A DNA stretch of 64,000 nucleotides from contig CAZPMS010000001.1 in NCBI GenBank assembly GCA_964588165.1, forward strand, positions 27,303-91,302, written 5' to 3'. The notes below the pieces were generated by a model. That model was not told the DNA's origin and did not search any database. It was given only the letters and a program-made list of their open reading frames with translations. This document shows, one piece after another, positions 47,632-57,057 of the stretch. A program made the translations under genes and the position numbers. The stretch is from an uncultured Gammaproteobacteria bacterium (lineage in GTDB: Bacteria; Patescibacteriota; Patescibacteriia; UBA1558; UBA10009). The stretch's first letter is position 1. Each line of letters opens with the position of its first letter.

Positions 47632-47666
47632 CCCGACAAACACAACTTTGTCGGGATTTTATTTTA
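47632..47666. terminator. Rho-independent terminator (cccgacaaa-cacaac-tttgtcggg, then ATTTTATTTTA), bidirectional position
   Basis: 9-bp perfect stem; sits between a + sORF and the - RAYT stop. Confidence 0.6.
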
Positions 47667-48224
47667 TTAATAATTTTTATCGGTTTCCCATTTAATAGGA
47701 TTATTTATAATATACTTTTGAATTTCTGATAATGATTTTTCATTTCTAATTATATGGTCGTAATATCTGGCTTGCCAAAAGAAATATTCAAAACCTTTTT
47801 TATTGCATTCCTTCTTAACCGCGCCTTTATAATGATTGATTATTGATGGCAATGAATTATTTATTAATGAACCAAATCTATTTTCATGAATTGTACGAAC
47901 GCGCCGCGCCTCCTCTGTACGAACGCGCCGTGGCGCGTTCCTACGGCGTGGCGCATTTTTATTATCAATTATTACAATTCCGTGAATATGATTTGGCATA
48001 ATTATGAATCTATCCAACCTAACATTCGGATATCTTTTAGAAATTCTTTTCCAATTTCTTTTGGCAATTTTACCTATTGCTGATAATCTCATTCTACCTT
48101 CTATAACCTCGCCAAAATAATGGCTCCCATCCTTTATACAAATTGTAATAAAATAATAGCCATCGCTGGAATAATCATATCCAGGCAGCCTAAATTGCTT
48201 TTTTATTTTAAATTGAAAAACCAC
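47667..48224 (-). CDS. REP-associated tyrosine transposase (RAYT, IS200/IS605 Y1 HUH family, COG1943) carrying an in-frame REP insertion
   Basis: RLPGYDYSSDGYYFITICIKDG, HUH motif PNHIHGIV, C-terminal FFWQARYYDHIIRNE...YIINNPIKW. A 22-aa segment NAPRRRNAPRRVRTEEARRVRT is encoded by a REP doublet. Confidence 0.75.
   Translation of the reverse strand: MVFQFKIKKQFRLPGYDYSSDGYYFITICIKDGSHYFGEVIEGRMRLSAIGKIAKRNWKRISKRYPNVRLDRFIIMPNHIHGIVIIDNKNAPRRRNAPRRVRTEEARRVRTIHENRFGSLINNSLPSIINHYKGAVKKECNKKGFEYFFWQARYYDHIIRNEKSLSEIQKYIINNPIKWETDKNY
47891..47956. repeat. 66-bp family-A REP doublet lying inside, and in frame with, the RAYT ORF
   Basis: ttgtacgaacgcgccgcgcctcctctgtacgaacgcgccgtggcgcgttcctacggcgtggcgcat; 66 nt = 22 codons. 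Confidence 0.6.
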
Positions 48225-48262
48225 TCAAATCACTTTCCTACCCTGATAGCTTTTTTAATTAA

Positions 48263-48383
48263 TTGTACGAACGCGCCTTTATAATGATTTATTATTTGTA
48301 ATGATGAATTTTAATAATGGACGCATTTATTTATATCAATTGTACGAACGCGCCGCGGCACGTTCGTACGTTTATGGCGCGTT
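48263..48383. repeat. Family-A REP elements upstream of the RAYT plus a degenerate copy of the RAYT internal segment between them
   Basis: ttgtacgaacgcgcc at 48263-48277; AT-rich ~60 nt resembling RAYT nt 47824-47890; tgtacgaacgcgccgcggcacgttcgtacg (9-bp perfect palindrome) at 48341-48370; overlaps the kinase gene's stop. Confidence 0.6.
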
Positions 48384-48882
48384 ATTTTAAATAAAGCCAA
48401 GTTTCTAATTTTTTAGTAGTTTCCTCAACTGATAATCCTTCCGTTTCTATAACAATTCCTTCATCAAATTTATTTACTTTATTAAAAACAGCCTCCGCTG
48501 CATCTTTACCATATGAGTTTTCTCTTTGGCTATCTCTTTTTATACAAACGTCCAATGGAGCTTTAAGAGTAAAAATATATCGGTTACCGCCTAAATTTTC
48601 TTTAAAGTTTTCAATCTGCTGGCGGTGATAAAAACAACCGTCAATTATTATACTCTTGCCTTGCTCTAATAAACTTTTCATTTTAGGCAATACCAGTTCA
48701 TTGGCTTTAATATAATTTTCTATTGGAACGTAGCCATCTTCAGGGCCATGGTCTAAATCATTCTCGTGCATAATTTCATCAATAGAAAAATATTCAGCCG
48801 ATAATCTTTCAGCCAACTTTTTAGCAATGGTTGTTTTGCCAACCCCCAGCGCCCCTCTGATTATACAATAAACTGAATTCAT
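48382..48882 (-). CDS. Small P-loop kinase/ATPase (AAA_33-like nucleotide or small-molecule kinase)
   Basis: CIIRGALGVGKTTIAKKL Walker A; 166 aa; not a canonical CysC (no LDGDNVR). Confidence 0.6.
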   Translation of the reverse strand: MNSVYCIIRGALGVGKTTIAKKLAERLSAEYFSIDEIMHENDLDHGPEDGYVPIENYIKANELVLPKMKSLLEQGKSIIIDGCFYHRQQIENFKENLGGNRYIFTLKAPLDVCIKRDSQRENSYGKDAAEAVFNKVNKFDEGIVIETEGLSVEETTKKLETWLYLK

Positions 48883-48892
48883 ATTATTTTAA

Positions 48893-50302
48893 TTAAATAT
48901 TAATGACTTCGCCATCCATCTCATCCGGAATATCTACTTCCAGCATTGATAAAATGGTTGGGGCTAGATTTAGTATGGAAGTATCTATGTTTTGGGGTTT
49001 AATACCCTTAAAATAAGCCAAAAATAGCCCTTCTGGCTCGTTTTCCCCACTCCAGTGCTGTGGAGCGTCAAAAACCTGTTTTTGGCCAATTGAGCCACTA
49101 AAATGGGTATTTTTACCTTGGTCTACGATAAGATCAGGGGCTGAATCAAAATGCTGGCCTGAATAGATTTCTTCCTTAGTATAAACCTTATTTACAATCT
49201 TTATTCCATCGTGCTCCAACTGCTCCAATTCATCAATAAGCTTCTTTTTAAACTCAGCTGATTTGTTTAATAAATAGATTGGACCTTGCCCAGAAGCAAT
49301 AGCTTGTGATTTATCCCAATCAATAATTTCTGCTTTACCGCCAAATTGCACGCTTCCTTGTTCATCTGGTAATTTCTGTTGAACTGACCTTGGAACGATC
49401 TTTTTAATAAAATCTTTTAGACCCAACTTAGTTAATATTTTAGTCACCCTTTGACGGGTAAAGCCGACTTTTTGGAAATTGGAAATTGTTGATTGGGACT
49501 TTAACTTAAGGTAGCCTTTTTGTTCCAACCAAGTTGAAATATTAAACTTAACTTTAATCTCGTTAGTACCATGATCAGACATAAATAAAAAAGTGTAATC
49601 TGTAAATTGATCAACCAACTTGCCTACTCCTTCATCAATAATCTGCCAGGCTTTAAATACTTTATCATCACCCCAGTGGTAATGCTGCAAAACATTGATT
49701 AGATAAGTGGCCACCATAAAAAAATCAAAGTCGCCTTCATTAAGTAAAAATTCTGCCGCTTCAAAACGGATTTTAATCAACCGATAAATTTCTTCAATCA
49801 CTTCATCAGCATCCTTTTCCATGTAGCTGATGTTTTGTGGCAGCACGCGCCAGTTAAATTTTGTTTTTAACATTTTTTCTAAAGCTTCCGGATAAGTAAA
49901 ATTTGATTCCATAGCATCTGGGCCGCCGGCCACCATTAAGCCGTTTATTTTATGAGGTGGATATAAAGTTGGCATATTAATTACTCCCACCCGTTTGCCG
50001 GCATCTGATAAATAATCAAAAATTTCTTTGCCAGAAAATGACTCAGCAGATGGAATGTAGATTTTTCTGTTTTTAACATCAACATTTTCCCACCAAAAAA
50101 CTCCCAGCTTGGCCGGGTTTAAGCCGGTAGAAAAACATTTCCAGTTGGGTGAAGTAACCGGCGGCAGCTGGGATTTCAAAACACCCCAGGCTCCGGCCTG
50201 TTGCAGTTTTTTAAAGGTTGGCAATTTTCCCTCATCTATCCAAGGCTGGATATAATTCCAGCTACCACCATCTATTCCGATAACTATTATTTTTTTATTC
50301 AT
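48893..50302 (-). CDS. Alkaline-phosphatase-superfamily protein, type I phosphodiesterase/nucleotide pyrophosphatase (NPP)-like
   Basis: GIDGGSW and PPVTSPNWKCFSTG (Thr nucleophile region). Start set at M19 (MNKKIIVIGIDGG). Confidence 0.7.
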   Translation of the reverse strand: MNKKIIVIGIDGGSWNYIQPWIDEGKLPTFKKLQQAGAWGVLKSQLPPVTSPNWKCFSTGLNPAKLGVFWWENVDVKNRKIYIPSAESFSGKEIFDYLSDAGKRVGVINMPTLYPPHKINGLMVAGGPDAMESNFTYPEALEKMLKTKFNWRVLPQNISYMEKDADEVIEEIYRLIKIRFEAAEFLLNEGDFDFFMVATYLINVLQHYHWGDDKVFKAWQIIDEGVGKLVDQFTDYTFLFMSDHGTNEIKVKFNISTWLEQKGYLKLKSQSTISNFQKVGFTRQRVTKILTKLGLKDFIKKIVPRSVQQKLPDEQGSVQFGGKAEIIDWDKSQAIASGQGPIYLLNKSAEFKKKLIDELEQLEHDGIKIVNKVYTKEEIYSGQHFDSAPDLIVDQGKNTHFSGSIGQKQVFDAPQHWSGENEPEGLFLAYFKGIKPQNIDTSILNLAPTILSMLEVDIPDEMDGEVINI

Positions 50303-50427
50303 ATTTTCTTGGTCTTTCCTCTCTAACGTCACCCTGAACAAAGTGAAGGGTCCCATTAATCTGGCAAAGTTGGTGGAATAATGGGATTCTTCGCTAAAGC
50401 TCAGAATGACATAATTCAGGAAAGGCT

Positions 50428-51357
50428 TTATTCATTTTTCTTTTTAAATACTACGGTAAATGTTGCGCCATTTTTAGGAAACAGTTTAGCTAACAACTTA
50501 TCATATAATCTCAACATAACATTTTTGTGGGCGTACATAAACACGCGGTACAAATGGTTATAAGTTTCAAAAAAATTAATTTTATAACCATTCAAATCCT
50601 TTTGCTGAATTTCTTTTACACTAAAGCCGGAGGCTGAATAAATATCCACTATCTTCCCCATTTTCCAGGGTGAAAGAGGCTCTGTAATTAAACCTTCCAT
50701 TATCAATTGCTTATTAACTCTTGCCAGTTCTGGAGTATAACGTGATTTATCTTGAAATTTTTTATCAAATAATTTTTTTAAACCTATCCGCTTCATTATA
50801 GCTTCTATAAAAAATTTGGGATTAGTTAAAACTCGCCACAGCTTGTAGTTAAACCATAAAAATTTATGGCTGAAAAAATCTTTATGCGGTTCGTGGGCGA
50901 TAATTAACAACCCGCCAGGTTTTAATACTCGGTTTATTTCTGCAAAAGTTTTTGGTGTATCCGGTAAATGGTGTAAAACTGAATTCAGGGCCACAATATC
51001 CACTGATGAATCCTCCAGCTCCAAACTCTCGTCATTCAGTTTTAAATAATTGAATTTATTGTTAAAGTTTTTATTATTTATATTTGATTTGCATCTAGAA
51101 AGCATTTTTTCAGAAACATCAGAACATACAACCTCATCTTCTTCTTTTAAATATCCTGATATCTGCAATGGTACAAAACCGGTGCCCGATCCAATATCCA
51201 AAATTTTTAATGGATTGGCTGATTTAAAAAACTTACTGGCTAAAACCTGCCACCTTTGTTTTTCCAGCTCAAAAATTTCCGGATGCTCGCTGGTGTATGA
51301 ATCAGCTTCTACATCATGGAAAATTTCATTAACTCTGATTATAAATTCTTTGTTCAT
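50428..51357 (-). CDS. Class I SAM-dependent methyltransferase
   Basis: ILDIGSGTGFVP motif I, VLKPGGLLII motif. The track start at 51441 reads through the GC-rich repeat; the start was moved to M29. Confidence 0.75.
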   Translation of the reverse strand: MNKEFIIRVNEIFHDVEADSYTSEHPEIFELEKQRWQVLASKFFKSANPLKILDIGSGTGFVPLQISGYLKEEDEVVCSDVSEKMLSRCKSNINNKNFNNKFNYLKLNDESLELEDSSVDIVALNSVLHHLPDTPKTFAEINRVLKPGGLLIIAHEPHKDFFSHKFLWFNYKLWRVLTNPKFFIEAIMKRIGLKKLFDKKFQDKSRYTPELARVNKQLIMEGLITEPLSPWKMGKIVDIYSASGFSVKEIQQKDLNGYKINFFETYNHLYRVFMYAHKNVMLRLYDKLLAKLFPKNGATFTVVFKKKNE

Positions 51358-51366
51358 AATTTTAAA

Positions 51367-51491
51367 TCGTCCGTGCAGGTCGGTGAGCGTCGGTGTCGTC
51401 TGTACTTGTCTGTGTATGTCGGTGTAATAACGGACTTTCACCGACTCACACGGACGACACGGACAAACGCGGACTTACCACAGGCACCCCC
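51367..51491. repeat. GC-rich palindromic element, family B
   Basis: gtcggtgagcgtcggtgtcgtctgtacttgtctgtg ... cacggacgacacggacaaacgcggac: long imperfect inverted repeat. Confidence 0.6.
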
Positions 51492-51501
51492 TAATATTTA
51501 A

Positions 51502-52584
51502 TTACTTTGTAACTTTAATAAAAACCTCTAACAGCTTATTTACTAAATTATCAATATTATGATCACTAACTACAATTTGACGTAATTTATTGCCCCACTC
51601 CTGCTTTTCCTCAGCTTTCATATTCATAACTAATTCTAAATGTTCCACCAAGATACTAGCATCTTTTTTAGCAAACTGGGCAAAGGGAAAATCTTTAAAA
51701 ATTTCTTTAAAGCCCGGATTGGAATTAATAACCACGGTGCCGGTGGACATAGCTTCTAAAACGGTTTTATCCAAGCTGCCCGTTTGGCCTGTGTTTATAA
51801 AAACATCCGCCTCTTGATATGTCCTGACAATTTCTTGATGAGGAACAGAGCCGATAAATCTGACATTATTTTCTAACTTCTTATTTTCAACTTCCTTTTT
51901 TAATCCTTCAAAATAAACCTCTTGTACTTTAAGCGGTACTGATCCGATAATATAAAAAGTTAATTGATGACCTTTTTGATTAACCAAAATATCAGCCGCC
52001 TTAATTAAAGTTTCTATATTTTTAACCGGTGAAATTCTGCCCACCCAGATTATTTTTTTAACCTCTTTATTATATTTTTCTTTTTGTTTGAAATAATCAG
52101 TATCCACTCCTTGGCCGGTAATAATTTTCTTATTTGTTTTTATAGGAAAGCCACCCTCTGATGAAGTAACAATTTTAGTTACCAGCTTGGCAGCTAATTT
52201 GGATTTCCAACTTAAATTACCGTGGGCTTTCCACCAAATAATCGGTTTGCCAAAAAATAAAGCCAGTGGCCAAATTAATAACGCAAAAATTTCTATCATT
52301 TGCACAAAAACTACGTCCACATCTTTGTTTTTAAATAGTTGAAAACAATGTTTGTAAAAATTCCTAAGATAACCTCTTTTGCCTTCACCTTTTTCTTTGC
52401 CGATTGACTTTACCTTTACATTATCCGGTAAATCATCATGCTCCCCTTCCTTTAAACATACAACTGTAATTGAGTGAACCTGCTCGGCCATTAATTTAAG
52501 CCATTTATAAAACGGCGCCAGTAAATTATCATGCTTATCTACGCTTTGGGTTAAGTAAAGAATTTTTAGATCTTTTTTATCCAT
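51502..52584 (-). CDS. GT4 family glycosyltransferase
   Basis: 360 aa; GT-B halves; C-terminal GT4 EX7E-like region. Confidence 0.8.
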   Translation of the reverse strand: MDKKDLKILYLTQSVDKHDNLLAPFYKWLKLMAEQVHSITVVCLKEGEHDDLPDNVKVKSIGKEKGEGKRGYLRNFYKHCFQLFKNKDVDVVFVQMIEIFALLIWPLALFFGKPIIWWKAHGNLSWKSKLAAKLVTKIVTSSEGGFPIKTNKKIITGQGVDTDYFKQKEKYNKEVKKIIWVGRISPVKNIETLIKAADILVNQKGHQLTFYIIGSVPLKVQEVYFEGLKKEVENKKLENNVRFIGSVPHQEIVRTYQEADVFINTGQTGSLDKTVLEAMSTGTVVINSNPGFKEIFKDFPFAQFAKKDASILVEHLELVMNMKAEEKQEWGNKLRQIVVSDHNIDNLVNKLLEVFIKVTK

Positions 52585-52595
52585 ATTATTTTTGT

Positions 52596-52735
52596 CAGTA
52601 CATGTCAGTAAAGGTCGGTGTCGTCTGTACTTGTCTGTGCCTGCCTGCCGGCAGGCAGATAAGTCCGTGTAAAATACAGACTTCTACCGACCAACGCGGA
52701 CGACACGGACAGGCACAGACTTTCACAGACTTTTC
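52596..52735. repeat. GC-rich palindromic element, family B, with embedded CCTGCC-TGCCGGCAGGCAG palindrome (family D core)
   Basis: aggtcggtgtcgtctgtacttgtctgtgcctgcctgccggcaggcag...acgcggacgacacggacaggcacagac; overlaps the AsnB stop codon. Confidence 0.6.
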
Positions 52736-54698
52736 ACTTTATAAATGTCTTATACCACAAGGCAAACATATATAGCCGCCAGATTTTATCAAAATTATTT
52801 TTTTTATTTGAATTATGCTCAGCCAAAATCTTTTTGATATATTCTTCGTTGAAATAACCCAAATTTAAAAATTGTCGGCCGAGTAAAACACTTTCAATTT
52901 CATCTTTAAGCGGACTTTGCTTAATCCATCTGTTTAAAGGAATTGAAAAACCTTTTTTATGCCTAAAGATAACTTCGTCTGGTAAAATACCTCTCATACT
53001 TTCTTTAAACAGATATTTGGTTTTTAATCCGTTAAGTTTATATTTAAAAGGAATTTTGGCAATCAGTTCTACCAGCTGATGGTCTACCAACGGCGCTCGT
53101 GACTCCAGCGAGACTGCCATAGTGCACCTGTCTACTTTAGTAAAAAACATATCTGGTAAAAGTGACTTAAACTGGCTGTATAAAATAGCTTCCAGCTTAT
53201 CTTTACCGTCATACTCATTAACTAAATTTTGACGCAGGGCTTTGGCATCTCCGCCGAATCGGCGGTCTACTTTAAATTGATTATAAACTTCTTTATTTAA
53301 AAGATCTTCAGTAAAACCGGTAGTCATATTCAAAAATATGTCCAAAGGTTTTTTTGAAGAATGGAGCTGGGTTTCGGCCAACCGTTTTATTTTATGGAAA
53401 TACCTGATAAAACTTTCCCGCTCATCATTATCCGGAATTGCTTTAGTGATTTTGTAAATGAATTTTCTAATAACCGACGGAAATTTATGATACAGCCGGG
53501 CCAGTTTTAAGGCTTTATACCATTCATATCCGGCAAACAGTTCATCTCCGCCATCACCGGTTAAGGCTACGGTTACAAACTCGCGGGCTGTTTTAGCCAC
53601 ATAATAGGTAGGAATTATAGAAGCGTCTGCAAAGGGTTCATCCATATGCCAAACTAATTTAGGCAAAATTTCTAAAACCTTAGGTTCAATTATAAATTCA
53701 TGGTGGTTGGTTTTAAATTTATTGGCCACCAGCCGGGCGTATCTTAATTCCGAAAAATCTTCCTCCTTAAAACCTACAGCAAATGTTTCTACAGGTTTAC
53801 TGGAGTTTCTGGCCATCATTGCCACTACAGCTGATGAATCTACTCCGCCGGATAAAAATGCTCCTAAAGGGACATCGGAAACCATTCTGCTTTTTACCGA
53901 TTCTTTAAACTGTTTTAAAAATAAATTTTTAATTTCCTCTTCCGGGAAATTAAATTTTTCTTTAAATGAAACCTGCCAATAATCCTTAATCCTTAATCTC
54001 CGAGGAGTCCGAAGATTCTCGGAGTCCTTCGGACCTTGTTCATCAATTATTAATAACTGTCCTGGCTCTAACTTCTTAACACCTTTGATAATACAATATG
54101 GTGCCGGCACCCTACCATAAACCAAATAATAATGCAGAGCTACTTTATCAACTTCCCGTTTAACTTCTGCCGATTCCAGAATTGATTTTAATTCCGAAGC
54201 AAATAGTAATTGATTTTTGTCTTGATAATAATAGATTGGCTTTTCCCCTGCTCTATCGCGGGCAATAATTAATTTTTTTACTTTTTCATCCCAAATTGCC
54301 AAGCCAAACATGCCGTTTAAATGCTGAACAAAATCCTCACCGTATTCTTGGTATAAATGGACAATGGCTTCGGTATCGGAATTGGTATAAAATTGATAAC
54401 CTTTCTGTTCTAAATCTTGCCTAAGTTTTTTAAAATTATAAATTTCTCCATTTAAAATAACTTGGACCGATTTATCTTGATTATGGATTGGCTGATCACC
54501 ACTAACTAAATCAATAATCTTTAATCTGCGCATGCCTAAACCGATTGAACCGTTTTCGCCCGAGGCGAATCCGCCTTTGGCGGAAAAATAAAAACCGTCG
54601 CCATCCGGACCGCGATGCTCTAAAACTGACGTCATCTTTTTTATTAAAGATTGGTCGGCTTGTCCTTTAAATTTTAATTGTCCCACGATACCACACAT
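52734..54698 (-). CDS. Asparagine synthase (glutamine-hydrolysing) family amidotransferase (AsnB/WbpS-like)
   Basis: MCGIVG N-terminal nucleophile, SGGVDSS PP-loop; 654 aa. Contains a short GC-rich nested palindrome in frame at ~54008-54050. Confidence 0.9.
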   Translation of the reverse strand: MCGIVGQLKFKGQADQSLIKKMTSVLEHRGPDGDGFYFSAKGGFASGENGSIGLGMRRLKIIDLVSGDQPIHNQDKSVQVILNGEIYNFKKLRQDLEQKGYQFYTNSDTEAIVHLYQEYGEDFVQHLNGMFGLAIWDEKVKKLIIARDRAGEKPIYYYQDKNQLLFASELKSILESAEVKREVDKVALHYYLVYGRVPAPYCIIKGVKKLEPGQLLIIDEQGPKDSENLRTPRRLRIKDYWQVSFKEKFNFPEEEIKNLFLKQFKESVKSRMVSDVPLGAFLSGGVDSSAVVAMMARNSSKPVETFAVGFKEEDFSELRYARLVANKFKTNHHEFIIEPKVLEILPKLVWHMDEPFADASIIPTYYVAKTAREFVTVALTGDGGDELFAGYEWYKALKLARLYHKFPSVIRKFIYKITKAIPDNDERESFIRYFHKIKRLAETQLHSSKKPLDIFLNMTTGFTEDLLNKEVYNQFKVDRRFGGDAKALRQNLVNEYDGKDKLEAILYSQFKSLLPDMFFTKVDRCTMAVSLESRAPLVDHQLVELIAKIPFKYKLNGLKTKYLFKESMRGILPDEVIFRHKKGFSIPLNRWIKQSPLKDEIESVLLGRQFLNLGYFNEEYIKKILAEHNSNKKNNFDKIWRLYMFALWYKTFIK

Positions 54699-54739
54699 AT
54701 ATTGGTAATCAGTAATTGGTAACTAGTTAATTAAAAAAT

Positions 54740-54792
54740 ATCTGCGAATTATCTGCGTGTTATCCCTGCCTCGCCGGCAGGCAGGTGCGGCT
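54740..54792. repeat. GC-rich element with CCTGCCTCGCCGGCAGGCAGG palindrome (family D)
   Basis: atctgcgaattatctgcgtgttatccctgcctcgccggcaggcaggtgcgg; supplies the last ~12 codons of the GT4 ORF. Confidence 0.4.
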
Positions 54793-55927
54793 CATCTGCG
54801 ATAATCTTCTGCCACATTCTAGAAACTGACTCCACGCTCTTAAACCATGAATAATTATTTTTTATTTCTTCAAAAAGTTTATTTCCCAAAGCTACTCTCA
54901 ATTCTTCATTAACTAATAAAACAGTCATCTTCCTATAACATTCATTTTGATTATCAATATCAAACAGTAATTTTTTATCAAAAATTATTGAAGTTGCCCC
55001 AGTGGTTTTAGAGGCCAAAGTAGGTGTTTTTTGCATAGCAGCTTCTAAAATAACTTTGCCAAAACTTTCGTGCCTGGAAGGTAGTATTAAAACTTTTGCC
55101 AAGCGGTAATAGCTGGCTAAATCTTCATGGCTGACCTCGCCCAATAGTTCTACTCTGTTATGCAAGCCTTCTTTTTTTATTATTTCCAATAAATGCTTCC
55201 TTAAACTGCCTTCGCCAACAATTAAAAAATGGCTCATGGGGACTTCCTTTAAAATGTTTTTAAAAGACTTTAAAAAAAAGCTCAAATTTTTTTCTTTCTC
55301 CAAGCGCCCTACAAATAAAATAACTTTTTTATCTTGATATTTGGCTGCCAGTGATTTAAAAACTTCTTCATTAAATCCAACAAATTTTTCTAGATTAACC
55401 GGTGTTGGTATAACTATAATTTTTTTCTCATCAATACCGGCCTTGATTAACTTACGTTTTATTAATGGATTAACAACCCTTAACTTATCCGCCCTTTTAG
55501 CTAAAAATTTAGAAAGTTTTAGTAAAAAAAAGTTGATCTTTTTTTCATCTAGCCAATCCTTGTTATCCCAAAAATCTCCATGCCAGTTCATTACCAGAGG
55601 AATTTTATGTTTTCTTTTTAACAAATAACCAACTAAGCCGTAGATCATCGGATCTTGGGTATTAATTAAATCAATTTTTTCTTTGGTTATTATGGCTGAA
55701 GATTTTTGATAAAGGTTTTTTAAAATTGAAAAACTGCTGTTGCCTTCTGATGGAATTGCTTCTACGTTTCCCCGCATTACTTTTTTTAATTTTTCCAGTC
55801 CATGGCATTTTATAACTATAAAAAGCCTTTCCAAACTTTTAGCGTAAGCAAGGTGCCTCTGCCAAACATCGCCGCTGGAATTATTTTTTAAAAAAATTGG
55901 ATCTGAACTGATAATTAGTACTTTCAT
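54749..55927 (-). CDS. GT4 family glycosyltransferase
   Basis: 392 aa; ESFGKVILEAAMQKTP EX7E region. Confidence 0.8.
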   Translation of the reverse strand: MKVLIISSDPIFLKNNSSGDVWQRHLAYAKSLERLFIVIKCHGLEKLKKVMRGNVEAIPSEGNSSFSILKNLYQKSSAIITKEKIDLINTQDPMIYGLVGYLLKRKHKIPLVMNWHGDFWDNKDWLDEKKINFFLLKLSKFLAKRADKLRVVNPLIKRKLIKAGIDEKKIIVIPTPVNLEKFVGFNEEVFKSLAAKYQDKKVILFVGRLEKEKNLSFFLKSFKNILKEVPMSHFLIVGEGSLRKHLLEIIKKEGLHNRVELLGEVSHEDLASYYRLAKVLILPSRHESFGKVILEAAMQKTPTLASKTTGATSIIFDKKLLFDIDNQNECYRKMTVLLVNEELRVALGNKLFEEIKNNYSWFKSVESVSRMWQKIIADEPHLPAGEAGITRR

Positions 55928-57057
55928 TTTAATAATTCTAAATATTTTTTATACATTTTATCTTTGGAAAAATTTTTTATTACTTCCTTATTAGCTTGTT
56001 TGAATCTTTCAACCAGCCCGCTATTTGATGATAATTTTTTTATGGAATCCAAAATTTGCTGTTGATTATTATATTCTGCCAGCAATCCGTTTTGGTTATG
56101 CTCAATAACTTCTGGATTACCGCCAACGTTAGAGGCCACTACAGGCAGTCCAAAACTCAAGGCTTCCAATAAAGTATGGGATAGGCCCTCATAACTTGAG
56201 TTTAAAATAAAAATATCTGCTGCCTGATAATAATTTGACATTTTTTCCATAAAAACACTGCCGGCCAAAATAACCTTATCTTCCAGTTTTAATTCTTGAA
56301 TTTTAAATTTTAGTTTTTTCTCCTCCGGACCAGAACCAACTATAACCAACTTAAATTGATTATTAACCATTAATAAAACCGGCATTAAATCAATCAATAA
56401 ATCAAAGCCTTTCCAAGGTGTTAGCCTGCCTACTGATAAAATAACTTCACCTGATAAATTTAATCTTTGTTTGGCGTTTTCCTTTATAACATTGGTTCGG
56501 CCAGGTTTAAATGAATTATAAACTACTTTAACTTTATTTTCACTAACTCCCCAACCAACTACAATTAACTTTAAATACTGGCTTGGAGCAATAACCAAAT
56601 CAGCTTTTTTTGTTGTCCAGCTTCTTAATTTTTTATTACGCTCTATAGAGCCGGAATATTTTTTTGTCTGAAAATCATCAATAAGTTCTTTAACCTTACC
56701 TCTGTTGCGGGCCCTTTCCCAGGCTACATCACCTACTATCTTTATAAAAACTTTTTTACCGGTTAACTTTTTAACCAGAATAGCCGGCAAGCCGGCCGCA
56801 ATCGGGCCCTGGGCAAAAATTAAATCAGCGCTTTTGGTCAATTTTTTTAAAGCCCAAAAATACCGCCAATATCTTAAAAATATTGGCCCTTTACGGCTTA
56901 CCTTAACAAGCGATTCTTCTATAGATTTTTTATCTGCGTAAGTTAAAACTTTAACGCTATGGCCGGCCTTGGTTAAAACAGGCACTAAAGCTTTAACAAA
57001 AGTGGCAGGCCCGCCAACATCTGGCGGATAAATTTCACAGGCAATTATCAGTTTCAT
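55924..57057 (-). CDS. GT4 family glycosyltransferase
   Basis: 377 aa; EGLSHTLLEALSFGLPVV. Confidence 0.8.
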   Translation of the reverse strand: MKLIIACEIYPPDVGGPATFVKALVPVLTKAGHSVKVLTYADKKSIEESLVKVSRKGPIFLRYWRYFWALKKLTKSADLIFAQGPIAAGLPAILVKKLTGKKVFIKIVGDVAWERARNRGKVKELIDDFQTKKYSGSIERNKKLRSWTTKKADLVIAPSQYLKLIVVGWGVSENKVKVVYNSFKPGRTNVIKENAKQRLNLSGEVILSVGRLTPWKGFDLLIDLMPVLLMVNNQFKLVIVGSGPEEKKLKFKIQELKLEDKVILAGSVFMEKMSNYYQAADIFILNSSYEGLSHTLLEALSFGLPVVASNVGGNPEVIEHNQNGLLAEYNNQQQILDSIKKLSSNSGLVERFKQANKEVIKNFSKDKMYKKYLELLK

